NCBI RefSeq assembly: GCF_020745735.1 | Contig: NC_083435.1 | Coordinates: 36,109,090-36,173,089 of the forward strand | Length of the DNA: 64,000 nucleotides | Direction: 5' to 3' | From: Hemiscyllium ocellatum | Taxonomy: Eukaryota | In this document: positions 46,401 to 57,699 of the stretch, piece by piece | How positions within the stretch are numbered: the stretch's first letter is position 1 | Layout of the letters: each line of letters begins with the position of its first letter | Translations under genes and position numbers: made by a program | Notes under the pieces: generated by a model | What the model was told of the DNA's origin: nothing | The model's database searches: none | What the model saw: the letters and a program-made list of their open reading frames with translations, nothing else

Positions 46401-48521
46401 GACGTAAAAAAGTCAGCTCAAGACAAATTCAGGAAAACAAAGTTTATTAGCAATTAGCAAGTCTGCAGAGTTGGGTACCCCTCAAAGAAAGGGACCCTGA
46501 TCGTTACAAAGCATCCCCTGATATACCCTTAAACTCCACCCCCTGTTGAGTCAGGTGATTCTCAATCTCGAGCAACCGGTACTTTTCCATTACTTGTTTA
46601 CCCCAATCTTGCAAGTGCAGCTGGACACATTTCCCCCTCAAGTGTTTACAATCTTCCCAGGCAGCTGACAACCACCCATTGTCCACCTCAAGTTGTTTCT
46701 CAACGTTTGTCCCTCGTTATCAGTCACGAGGTTCGTTTTCGGCCTTGTGGTTTTGCTGTCTGGACTTGTTTTTGCTATGTGTAAGGTCGCCCATTGTCTG
46801 GTTTGTTATCTGTCAAGGGGTTTCATTATTCTGCTATCTATCTAGCTGCTTGTTTTCTGACTTCTGCTGACCTTGTGGTCTTGCTTCGAAACAGCTGCAA
46901 CTTGTTTACTACTTCAGCCATCTACTATGTGTTAGTGCTGCTGCTATAGCTAAGTTAGTCAATTTCATATGTCGGCCATTTTCTTTTGGTCACCTTCTTG
47001 CCCCTTATACTTATGCACATCTTGAATCATTACTCCAACTCTCACAGTTGGTGCAGGATGGGAGTTCTCCTTCACACAGCTGGACATGAGCCACACTTAC
47101 TTGCAATTGTGATTAGACCAGGTTCCCAGACGTATGCTACAATTAATATCCATCAGGGATTGTACCAAGATACAAGACTGCCATTTGAGGTATTGTCAGC
47201 CTGTTCGATCTTTCAGTGGACAATAGAGAACATCTTGCATGGTCTACCCCAGGTCGCCATTTACTTAGATGGTAAATTAGCCAATAACAGGGAAAATTAA
47301 TAAGGAGCAGTCAGAGAACTGGATATAGTCCGAAGGTGGTTTTCCAAAGCAGGCATTTGCCTAAGAAGGGAAAATGTGTATCCCAAATGATCTACTTGAG
47401 ATACAGATTCGACAACTCTAGGTTACACCTGTTGGAAGATAAAGTGAGGGAGATCAAAGGTGCTCTGGTTCCTACGTCTGTCCAGGAACTTACGTCATAT
47501 CTTGGGCTGGTAAATTATTTTGGAAGGTTTGTACATAACCTGGCCTCCGTCCTGGCACCATGACATCAACTCATGACAGAAAGGATCAGCCTGGGAAATG
47601 GTTGCAAACATAAGATCGAGCTTTCAATGAAGGAACGATACAACTGTCATCCTCTAAGGATTGGCACTCTGTGATCCCAAGAAAGACCGAGTATTGACAT
47701 GCGATGTTTTCCCGCACAGCATTGGAGTCGTATTAGCTCATGATGGCTCAGTGGAGAGGAACATCCAAGAGCATATACATCTAGGACTTTGGCCAATGCA
47801 GCACGTAAATACACCCAGATACAGAAGGAAGGATTGATGGTCATATCTGGGGTCAGGACATTCCACCAATACCTCTGTGAATTAAAATTTGTGATAATCA
47901 TGGACTACTTGGTGTGCTTAAAGAGAACAAGGCAGGGCCACCCTGTAATTTTGGGCCACCTTCAATGGTGGGTTCTAATACTAAGTGCTTACAATTGCAA
48001 GCCAGAACACTGCCTGGGAGGCTGAGTAGCGAATGTGGATGTATTGAGCTGCCTACCATTAGCAAATACACCACTGGTAGCGCCCCCCAGTGGAAAGGTC
48101 TGTAATGGTATTAAACTTTCTGGACAAGCTCCTAATCAGAGCTGACTATCAGGCTTTGGACACAGAAAGATCTAATCCCTTCAAACCGGAAATAACTTGT
48201 ATTTATGAGGGAAACCAAAAGGCACTTGAAATCCTTTGAATTGAAAAATGTTTGGACCCAGAGATACCAGCTCACGGCAGAGGATGGAATATTGTTAGAA
48301 CTTGTTAGAGAAAGTGTGATTATCCTGAGTAAAGGCTGCCACCAAACTCTAGCTGAACTCCACCAGGGATCTCTACAATGAAATGTGTGGGGAGACATCG
48401 CATGTCAACACTAGATCTTTCTTGGGATCACAGAGTGCCAATCCTTAGACAATGACAGTTGTTTCATTACTTCATTGAAATCTTGGGCTTATGTTTGCAA
48501 GCAAGATAAAGTGTTCAGCCA

Positions 48522-48563
<42 letters not shown>

Positions 48564-51500
48564 CACCCTGTGGGTGAACACTTTAACTCCCCCTCTCACT
48601 CTACCAAGGACATGCAAGTCTCTGGGCCTCCTCCACCGCCAAACCCTAACCACCTGATACCTGGAGGAAGAACGTCTCATCTTCCACCTTGGGACCCTTC
48701 AACCACACGGGATCTTTGTGGATTTCACCAGTTTCCTCATTTTCCCTCCCCACATCTTAATCCCAGAAGCAACCTTCCAACTCAACACTGCCCTCTTGAA
48801 CTGTCCCACATGTCCATCTTCCTTCCCACCGATCTACTTCACCCTCCTCTTCGACCTATCATCTTTACCCCCACCTTCATCTACTTATTGCATTCCCAGC
48901 TACCTTCCCCTCACCCAACCCCACCCCACCCCTCTCCCATTTATCTTGGGTCACAAGCCTCATTCCTGATGAAGAGCTTACCCTCGAAACATCGATTCTC
49001 CTGCACCTCAGATGCTGCCTGACTGGCTGTGCTTTTCCAGTGCCACACTCTTTGACCTTGACCAATGAAGGCAAGACGCCAAACGCCTTCTTTATCACCG
49101 TATCTACTTGAGTGATCACTTTCAGGGAGCTATAGACTTGAACCTCAAGATCCTTCTGTCTATCAATGCTGTTCCGAGTCCTGCCATTAACTGTATCCTT
49201 TTCCTTAACTTGTGATCTCCCAAAGCACAGCACCTCACAATTACCTGGATTAAACTCCATCGACCATTTTTCCGCCCATATCTGCAACTGATTTATATAA
49301 ATGATGAAAAGCAATGGAGCCAGCACCGATCCTTGTGGCACACCACTGGTCACAGGCTTCCGCTCCAAAAAGCAACCCTCTTAGACCAACCTTTGTTTCC
49401 CACCTTGAAGCCAAGTTTTATATTCAGTTAGCTAGCTTCCTCTGGGTCCCATGTGATCTAACCTTACTCACCAGTCTACATGCAGAACTTGGTCAAACAC
49501 TTTGCTGAAGTCCATATGGACAACATCTACCCCTCTGCCTTCACCAATCTTCTTTGTTACCTCTTCAAAAAACTCAATCAAGTTACAGAGACACAATTTC
49601 CCACGCACAAAGCCATGTTGACTATCCCTAATCAGTCCTTGCTTTCCAAATGTATATGAGTCCTATTCCTCAGAATCTCCTCCAACTATGTACCCACCAC
49701 TGACGTATGGCTCATTGGGCTATAGTTCCCTAGCTTTTCATTACAGCTTTTCTTAAATAGTGGCACCACATTAGCCACCCTCCAGTCTTCTGGCACCTCT
49801 CCCTTGGTTATTGATGATCCAAACATCTGAGCTAGGTACGCAGCAACCTCTTCCCTAGCTTCCCACAGAATTCTGGGTAACACCTGATCAGGTCATGGGG
49901 ATTTATCTACCGTTGTGCATTTTAATCTTCAGTACCTCCTCTTCTGTAATGTGTACTGTTTTCAAGACATCACTATTTATTTTCCCAAGTTCCTGAGCTT
50001 CCATGCCCTTCTCCACGATACGTACTGACACAAAATATGTGATTAGTATCTGACTGATCTCTATGGTTCCACACATAGACAGCCACATTGATCTTTAAGG
50101 TGCCCTATTCTCTATTTACTCTTTTGCTGAAATGTACGTTTAGAGTCTCTTTGGATTCTCCTTAACTGCATTTGCTAAAGCTGTCTCATGTTCTCTTTTT
50201 GTCCTCCTGATTTCCCTCTTAAGGATACTCCAACTGCCCTTATACACTTCTTGGGATTTACTCAATCCCTGCTGTCTATACCTGATAAATGCCTCTTTCT
50301 TTTTCTTGACCAGAACTTCAATTTCTCAAGTCTTACAGCATTTCCTACATCGACCAGCCTTGTCCTTCATGCAGTGTTCAAACCCCTCTGTTACGTAAAA
50401 AGAATAACTCTAATAGTGAACATTAAACCAAAAAAAATTCACATATCCAAATCCCCCCCCCCCACCCCGCCCCCCCCCGCTTCTCTTAATTTCTTACGAT
50501 CTGACCCCAACTCTACAAAATAAAAAGCTATTCCAATAACACACTTATTAAACATTACATTAACTTAATCTCAAGACCACATACTCTCTATCTTCTTTGG
50601 TGTCATCAATCTTCCCCCTGCTGATCTCCCTGGGGTTGTTTCCTTTCTTTGTTACTGCGAGGATGTTTCACATGCAAAGGTACCTTTGATAGAGAATGTT
50701 TCTAATTTCTTTGAGAGCAAGATGTCAGATGGGCAGTTGCTCTGTGGATTGATGACAGTTGCTTTCTGATCAATTTTCAAAACTCCCATGTTTTATAGCC
50801 TCCATCACACAGTAAATTCTTATAATTTGATTGGTTTCCAGGTGTCAAAACAATAAACTCAAACTCAATTGGGTTTTTAGTATCCTCGGCACAATTTAAA
50901 CTGATCAGTTAAATTCGCGTTGTTGTCAAAACAGCAGCAAAACTCAGGGTAGACAGGCAGGAGGCTGGAAGAACACAGCAGGCCAGGCAGCATCAGGAGG
51001 TGGAGAAGCCAACACTTCAGGTGTAACCCTTCTTCAGGTCTGGGGCTGGGTGTAAGGGGAGCTGCAGGTATCTATTTCACAGCCAGTTGCTGCATGTATC
51101 TATTTTGGAACAGCTCATCTCCCAGTCTTTCCATTCAGGCAGCTGAGCCTGCACTTGAAGTTTACTTCAAACTTCAGAAAACACTTTCTACTTTAAAGTG
51201 AACAGACAGGCTTTTGACTTTGTAACACTTCACACGAACAGGAATATACTGTCTCTGGACCCTCATTATCTTCTTCTTAAAGGCCTCCCACTTCCCATTC
51301 ATCCCTTTACCTGCAAATAGCCTCCCTCCAATCATCTTTTGCAAGTTCCTGTCTGATACTGTCCAAATGAGCCTTACTCCAATTTAGAACTTTACCTTTT
51401 TGATCAGTTCTATCCTTTTCCATCACTACTTTAAAACTAATAGAGTTATGATCACTTGTACCGCAATGCTCCCTCTGGACACCTCTTTCACTTACTCTAC

Positions 51501-54500
51501 AATTGTTCCCAACAGAAGTTCAAGTATTACTCCTTCTCCAGTTGGTCCATCCACATATTGAAGAAGAACGTTTTCTTGGACATACTTAACAACTTCCTCC
51601 CAATCCAAGCCCTTAACACAGTGACAGCCCTAGTCTATGTTTGGAAATTAAAATCTACTGTTACCATGCGAATATTCTCACAGATATGAGATCTCCTTAC
51701 ACATTTGGTTTTCAATTTCCTGCTGCCTACTGAGGGCTATAATACAATCTCAACCAGGTGATCATCTCCTCCTTATTTCTCAGTTCCACCCATATAACTT
51801 CACTGGTCACTCTCCCAATGTATGCCTCCCTAAGTACAGCTGTAATGTTACCCTGAATGAAAATCTTGTCCTCCTCTCTTGCCCTCCCTTTCTATCCTTC
51901 CGATAGCATCTATACCTTGGAACATTGAGATACCAATCCAGTCCATCCCTGAGCTATGTCTCTGTAATAGCGATGATACCCTAGTCCCATGTTCCCAACC
52001 ATGCCCTAAGTTCATCTGCCTTCCCTGACAGGCCTCTTACATTGCAGTAAATGCAGTTTATCATTCTGACCTTGGTCACTGCCAAGCTCTTGTCTGTTTT
52101 GACGATTTGAGCTGTTCCCCTTAGAGCTGTACCAGCCTCAGCCCTTTCTCTTTACTCACTGTTACTTTGATTTGACTCATCCCCTTACTAGTTTAAAGCC
52201 TCTGGAGTAGCACGATAAAGCCTCCCAGGTAGCACAAGGAACGGACCACAATTTACAAACCAGAAATTTTGTCATGTTTTTAAAATGGTTTGAGATTCTT
52301 CAGGTAAGGACAGCTTCATACCACCCAACATTGACTGGCCTGGCAGAAAAAGCAGTCCAAACTTTAGAGGCTGGCTTGAAAAACAGCCTACCCTCTTGAT
52401 AGTTACCAAGGTATCATGGTTCTTATTTGATTATGGGATCACCCCACATGCAACAGCAGAGTTGGGACCAGCAGAATTGCTGATGAGTAGAAGACTCTGC
52501 ACCAGGTTGAATCTGATCTTCCCAGACCTGTGGGGGTCGGGTGTAATGGCCTCAGGAACACCAATGCTGGACACAAGTCTCCACCAAACAAGAGAAACTG
52601 TTTAATACAGGGAATTAAGGATCAGACCAGACCCCTGCAAAATATTTTAAGAAGGCAGCCTGGGGCCTAACTTTATCTTATTTTAAAGGCAAATGTAAAG
52701 TGCTGTGTTCCAGATGCAATTTGATTGGTCACACTACTCAGCTTTAGGCAAAACACACTTTATCGAAACACTAGAGCTAAAATATAACTAAAGAAAGTGG
52801 AATTTAGAATACCATAAATCTATCAGAAAAATTAACAAATCAATAGACACAGTACTGATTACTAATTAATGACTCAATGTAGTAACATCTCATAAACACA
52901 CCCCTTGGCAAAGTTCAGAAAATAGATTTGTCTCACAGGTAACTGCAGCAAGCCAGAAGGAAAAGTTTCAATAGAAAGCTCAGAGAGAGGAGCAGCAAGG
53001 AGACATTTACTGTAATTCCGAGCCTGTTGAGACTCCAACAGTAACTGATGCTGAATCGCAAAGCTAAAAAACTACAAATTAGAAATCTAGGTCCGAGAGC
53101 TAGCCCCACCCATCCAGGCTGCTTCTATTGTTCCTGCTTTAAAAAACCCAAGGCCTTGTAAGCCAGTCACTTCATTGGCTTTCCAACCAGACAGCTCGAC
53201 ACCTCTGCCTTACAACCTCTCTTTAAAAAGAAACAGGACAAAATAACCTCTTAAAGTCGTAGTATCATCACAGTAAGGGGAGGAGGTTTGGTGTATGAAT
53301 GATGGAAATGGCCCTGTATGGGAAAGTGGCATTCTCCATGTGAGATCGGGACCAGTGATGTGGAAAGGTCAGGCAGGTGCGATGGTCCTGAACCAGCACA
53401 AGGTCCGTTTGAAAGTTGTAAATTTGTAAACAATGCAGGAGCAAAACATACCCTGCCCCTCTGAGCAGTCAGAAAGTCTGCCAGAACCCAGGGGTTCACT
53501 ATCTCTGTCAAGCATTGTTGCGAGATTAGAATCTGAGATGGACATGATGGAGGAGCCAACTTGATGCCTTTTCCACTGGAAGAAGAAAATAAAATCCTGC
53601 CAAGGCACTCCTGGCACAAGAGGCGAGCTCCTGCACATTCGATGCTGCCGTTATTACCTGCTGAACATGGAGGAAGCTGTCCCAGTGTTAAACCGCCCCA
53701 GGATGCTCTCCAAGGAAAATGGCTGGCCTATGTTCTCAGACTCAGAGGGAGGGAAGTTGTGATCGTAACGAGGCTAACCAGCAGGACCTCAGGGAATATG
53801 AGTTCCCTGATTGATCCAGCCCCAATCAGGGAGCCCTGGCTGACAAATAAAAAGGGAAGTGTCAGAGATGATGACACTCTGCTACCTGACTCTGAAAGTG
53901 TCAGTCCTAAAGTCAAGGACTGTTCAGGTATAAATAAAGGGTGACTTGGTGATGGATACCATCCTCTGTGCAGTTATTACATTGATCCCATCAATGAGAT
54001 CTGGAGTGCAAAATTTATTGATCCAAGTCCATCAATTCCCAATGGGTGGGTTAAACTAAAACTGTCCCCAATCAACACAGACTGAGAATGGATCCAGGAA
54101 CAGAGATAATCCTGATATTATTCCAATGTGTTTCAGAAATCCCAGAAAACAGTGTGGTACGTTACCATTTTATACTTTTGTTTGGATTAATCGCTGCAAT
54201 GGCTGCAATTTTCAGAATAATCATCTGGAAAAGGCCCTGGAGAGGTAAGATTCAGAGAGAGGGGAATGTGGAAGTGAGAGGACAGAGTGAGTGTGGGGGA
54301 ATCTCCAGTACTGGGAGTACAGGGCACTGTGGGGAATGGAACTGATTGAATTCCAGCACAGATACACAACGTATAAATCCATTTCGTTCCCTGTCAGATC
54401 ATCCTTTGGTCTAGATCAGGTCTAACATTGATCAATAAACCCATCACACACACTTACATCCTCACTGACTGAATATCAATGGGGTGGGAGAGATCTCCAG

Positions 54501-55077
54501 AATCTCCATAAGGTGTAAGGATGGAGGGGAGTGTGGGAATGAGGATTTCTGTCACAATCTCCATCCCCTCACAGTTGTTGTGTCCTCACTCTCTGAGAAT
54601 GGATTATTCCCCATTCGAATGGATGTTTATTTTGTTTCTGCAGGTTCCCCAAGTGGGACCTACACAACAGCTCCCAGTAAGTGACTGAGGGGACAGAGTG
54701 TTGGGAATGATGGGAGAGGGATTGGAAGGTGTAGAGTTACATTCTCCTGGATGGGACACTCATCAGTTTCCTCACGGTTCAGTTCTTCATGACTCTCTCA
54801 TCCTTCTCTTCCCCAACTCCATCCCCCACAACCTCTCCATCCAATCCTCACCCCCTATTTTCCCATTCCGTACTCCCTCTCCCTTCGCTCCTTCACCCTT
54901 AATTCCTTCTGCACTGTGCTGTGTGAATGTGGTTAGTCAGTGCTGAGGGTGATTGAATCCTGGGTCCAGTGAGTGAGAGAGAATATTTCAGAGTATGTAA
55001 CTTTATATTTCATTTCATTTCAAACTTTCTGTTTTATTTTCTGAGCTTTGGATGTCTGTATTCCAGCTTCTTCATAA
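37335..55077 (+). CDS. Nonclassical MHC class I-like heavy chain, gene 2 (7 exons, 1020-nt CDS, 339 aa)
   Basis: join(37335-37386,43347-43607,44149-44424,44542-44820,54137-54244,54644-54676,55067-55077). All introns are GT-AG and phase 1, and the frame is open. Confidence 0.88.
37590..38490 (-). mobile_element. Penelope (Poseidon-type) fragment with GIY-YIG
   Basis: ORF 37898-38377: TLPYSKRVSE...KIPCKDCHKHYVGQTGRKLATRIQEHQ. Confidence 0.88.
38680..40600 (-). mobile_element. CR1-clade LINE, degenerate
   Basis: Minus ORFs 39797-40339, 39283-39771 and 38778-39146 (KSPGSDG, SQHGLMEGESCLTHLL, ALVRPHLEYCAQFWSP). Confidence 0.88.
41020..41460 (-). mobile_element. Rex1-type LINE 3' fragment
   Basis: Reverse complement of the 3' tail seen at 8150-8241; ORF 41195-41383 (PSIESIYQAHCQGKAASILKD). 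Confidence 0.8.
41708..42010. repeat. Compound (GT)n microsatellite
   Basis: Interrupted GT/CA dinucleotide runs. Confidence 0.95.
42360..43300. repeat. Pyrimidine-rich low-complexity tract including a 34-bp (2x17) tandem repeat at ~43005-43200
   Basis: tatctgtccc recurs at 43081, 43115, 43149 and 43183 (period 34). Confidence 0.85.
43347..43607 (+). CDS. Gene 2 exon 2: alpha1 (261 bp)
   Basis: ttacag|AA...TCA G|gtaaaa. Encodes ETNSPTLKYTIVSGAQDFPEV...YFDSDTHRCVPRQQF...FWDDAT...IMKRTNQTSG. Confidence 0.92.
43645..43952 (+). repeat. 39-bp minisatellite (~7-8 copies) in gene 2 intron 2
   Basis: Unit cagcactgacccctgggtcactccactcagtccatcccc. Confidence 0.95.
44149..44424 (+). CDS. Gene 2 exon 3: alpha2 (276 bp), lacking C101/C164
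   Basis: Encodes GIHTLQWIHSVEVSEDG...FGFDGKDHISLE...NKEKW...YLQKTSVEHLNRYLEVG, ending G|gtatg. Confidence 0.93.
44542..44820 (+). CDS. Gene 2 exon 4: alpha3 Ig C1 (279 bp)
   Basis: Encodes LSCLVTGFYPVDIEVTWLRNGE...YSCQIEHSSL, ending G|gtaagg. Confidence 0.95.
45140..45265. repeat. ~22-bp tandem repeat (aactatgatgtaatactgatgt), ~5 copies
   Basis: Visible direct repetition. Confidence 0.85.
46396..47046 (-). mobile_element. Solo LTR (651 bp) with 5-bp TSD GTTGG
   Basis: TG...CA termini; GTTGG at 46391-46395 and 47047-47051; minus-strand AATAAA at 46443-46448. The host RT resumes after it (..TQLDMSHTYLQL). Confidence 0.88.
48490..49050 (+). mobile_element. Penelope-like 3' fragment
   Basis: GEHFNSPSHSTKDMQV; terminal cctgatgaag...gatgctgcctga motif. 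Confidence 0.78.
49055..52200 (-). mobile_element. Fragmented CR1/HER1 elements (49055-50390 and ~51100-52200) with intervening LTR-like and Penelope bits
   Basis: ORFs 48877-49368 (TSGVPQGSVLAPLLFIIYIN) and 49686-49883 (EVPEDWRVANVVPLFKK). Confidence 0.75.
52614..53272 (-). mobile_element. Solo LTR-like element, same family as 17984-18628
   Basis: Ends atcatcaca (reverse complement tgtgatgat). Internal homology to 18000-18620 in reverse complement. Confidence 0.65.
53273..53981 (+). mobile_element. LTR-like element (different family)
   Basis: TATA/AATAAA-like ggtataaataaagggtgacttggtg near its end; ends gttattaca. Confidence 0.45.
54137..54244 (+). CDS. Gene 2 exon 5: connecting peptide and TM (108 bp)
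   Basis: tttcag|AA...AGA G|gtaag. Encodes EIPENSVVRYHFILLFGLIAAMAAIFRIIIWKRPWRG. Confidence 0.87.
54644..54676 (+). CDS. Gene 2 exon 6: cytoplasmic (33 bp), GSPSGTYTTAP
   Basis: Identical to 19968-20000; AG/GT boundaries. Confidence 0.82.
55067..55077 (+). CDS. Gene 2 exon 7: T-S-S-stop (alternative in-frame acceptor at 55046)
   Basis: ttccag|CTTCTTCATAA. Confidence 0.6.
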
Positions 55078-55129
55078 TTTAGTCAATGATAGGTCAATTT
55101 CTGTCTGTAGACTTATTTGGAAATTCTTC

Positions 55130-55800
55130 ACTCCCCTCCTGAATCTGTCTCACCCTCCCAGACACTGTTAAACCCTGTCAGACTAATTCCCCTCCCCCCC
55201 GACCCTGCCTCACCCTCCCAGACACTGTTAAACCCTGTCAGACTAATTCCCCTCCCCTCCTGACCCTGTCCCACCCTCCCAGACACTGTTAAACCCTGTC
55301 AGACTAATTCCCCTCCCCTCCTGACCCTGTCCCACCCTCCCAGACACTGTTAAACCCTGTCAGACTGACTCCCCTCCCCTCCTGACCCTGTCCCACCCTC
55401 CCAGACACTGTTAAACCCTGTCAAACTGACTCCCCTCCCCTCCTAACCCTTTCCCACGCTCCCAGACATTGATAAACCCTGTCAGACTAATTCCTCTCCC
55501 CTCCTGACCCTGTCCCACCCTCCCAGACAGTGTTAAACCCTGTCAGACTAATTCCCTCCACTCCTGTCCCTGTCCCACCCTCCCAGACAGTGTTAAACCC
55601 TGTCAGTCTCATTTCACTCCCATCCTGACCCTGTCTCACTGACTTTAAAACTTGACAGACTAATTTCAACCATCTCCTGCCCTTGTCTCATTCCCTAGAT
55701 AATGTTACAACCTGCCAGTCCACTTTCACTCCCATCCTGACCCTGTCCCACCCTCCCAGACACTGTTAAACCCTGTCAGACTCATTTCACTCCCCTCCCC
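55130..55800 (+). repeat. 61-bp minisatellite, ~10-11 copies, 3' of gene 2
   Basis: The register shifts by 1 nt per 60-nt line at 55201-55440, confirming period 61. Confidence 0.93.
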
Positions 55801-56772
55801 ATCCTGAAGAGATTGTCTCGTGTCTGTCCATTTCTGACCTTGTGGGTTTCCTGAGCTCCACTACAGATTATTCCCGGAGCTTCATTGCGGAATAATGGGA
55901 TCCTCCTGTTCCAGTGTAAACATGGACATCAACGTCCATCCTTCCACATCACAGCAGACACACGGAATTACTGCTCATTGCTCACACCCAGTCGATTCAG
56001 GATTGAGATTGATTTTCCTGAAAATGTGTTTCCACAGGTTGAACAGTGGATCCCAGATCCGCACGTAGATCCTGATTCTGCAAGTGGGACCCTCTCAAGT
56101 CGTGTTTCCATCCCGTCTCAGAAATGTGAGCAGTGTCACCGTCAGAGGGATCTTCACGGATGGTTCCTCCCTCACACTTTCTCATCCTCACTGTCTTCAG
56201 TGTCTTGACCTGAAATGTAGCAATGTCCTGAACTCCCTCTGAGCGAGGTTTTGTACTGTAGGACGTGAATCATTTTTGCACTTCATACAACGAAATTTTA
56301 ACTTTTATGTTATAGTCTCTATGAATTTTGTTACGGTCATATTGTTAGATTGATATCTCTCTCATTATTTAACTTTTACTCTTCTATTTTTATTCTCATC
56401 TGTTTTAAGCTGAACTGATCTGTTTTGCACTTTACGTAAACAGCGTGATCAAATGTGAACTTTTATGTCAACTTCCTTTATTTTATTTGTTCACAATCAT
56501 GTATTTATTGCAGCAAACATCTGTCATTATTTATCATCAACAATTAACTGCAGATACTGATCGTTGCAGTTGTTAATCAATAAATTATTGCTGATCATTG
56601 ATTTGTCTGAATTCTTCATTAATGATTTCACAGGAAAGGGTTAATTCATTCACTCTGCAGATTGTGGATCTTAGAATCAGCAGTGTTTGAGCTTCAGTTC
56701 AGTGTGAACTGGGAGGGGGTTATGACCATGTAACTCCCCAGGAAGCCTTCCCCAAACCAAGCAGGATGTACA

Positions 56773-56987
56773 CAGTAAAAACCGACAGCACTGTACATGC
56801 TGTAAATCAGAAACAACAATGAAAATGGCTGGAAAAGCTCAGCAGGTCTGGCAGCATCTGTGCAGAGAAATCAGAGTTACCGTTTCAGATCTGGTGACCC
56901 TTCCTCAGAACTGGTCTGATTTCTTTGCTTTCTCTTGACGGATGCTGCCAGACCTGCTGAGCTTTTCCAGCAATTTCTGTTTTTGTT
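56773..56987. mobile_element. Short Penelope-derived hairpin element with 11-bp TSD
   Basis: Perfect 30-bp inverted repeat at 56829-56858 / 56941-56970; CAGGATGTACA at 56762-56772 and 56988-56998. Confidence 0.75.
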
Positions 56988-57699
56988 CAGGATGTACAAA
57001 GTGATGTTTATTTAATGTGTGTGTTTCAGAGTTGGATGGTTGATAATGTCCGGGAGTGTTCATTCCCTGAGGTGGGGGAGGTGGCGGTGGTGGGATGCGT
57101 CCTTTTGGAAGGATCTGAATGAGTGTGAAGAGAGGGCCAGGCAGCTGCTGGGAATCAGGATTACTTCACTGACTGGTGACCCAGCAGCTATTGGAGGGAG
57201 GAAAGGGTAGGCTTAGCAGGGGGAGGGGGGAGGTGGGCGGGGAGTCAGTGTCAGCAGCTGAGGCTCTGTCTCACTCCCCTCTGTGACCCGGGGCTCAGTG
57301 CCCCCTCCAGGTCCCCTGTCCACTCCCTCGGCTGCTGTAAGACCCACCACTCCCCCCTAGACGCACACACACACATATACACACATCGAGACACACATAC
57401 AGAGACACATACTCAGCGACACACACACACACACACACCGAGAGACCACGTATCCAATGCTAACATCTGTCAGAAAAAAACATTGAAAACAAATACTCAC
57501 ACCTCAGTGAGTGATGTTTGTGCCATGCAGTGGGTTTTGAGTTTTATTGGCGAAACTCTAAGAAAAACATAAGTGGTCCTGTGATGATGGAAAGTCAGTG
57601 TTTATAATATAAAATTTGCATTTCACAAATGATATCTCTTTTTGTTTAAAATACATTAAATGTGTCAACTATCATCTGCAGTTAACACTTAATTACTAG

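Larger units (their letters stand above)
45070..52600 (+). mobile_element. Degenerate Gypsy/Ty3 LTR retrotransposon (gag-pro-RT-RNaseH-IN) carrying nested insertions
   Basis: MQKHLLTESQVHFKQLLQLALSLE (gag), MEVDPSAAVSVI (protease), YLGLVNYFGRFVHNLASVLAP (RT), KYTQIQKEGL (RNase H), TPHATAELGPAELLMSRRL at 52396-52605 (integrase). Confidence 0.85.

Noticed and set aside
46504-46686. 60-aa ORF that looked like an env or MHC fragment
   Set aside because: It lies inside the TSD-bounded solo LTR and has no recognisable motif.
55885-56208. Possible extra exon downstream of gene 2 (ccacag|gttgaacag...)
   Set aside because: The homologous gene 1 sequence (~22011) has an in-frame TGA, so the frame is not conserved; more likely 3'UTR or flank.
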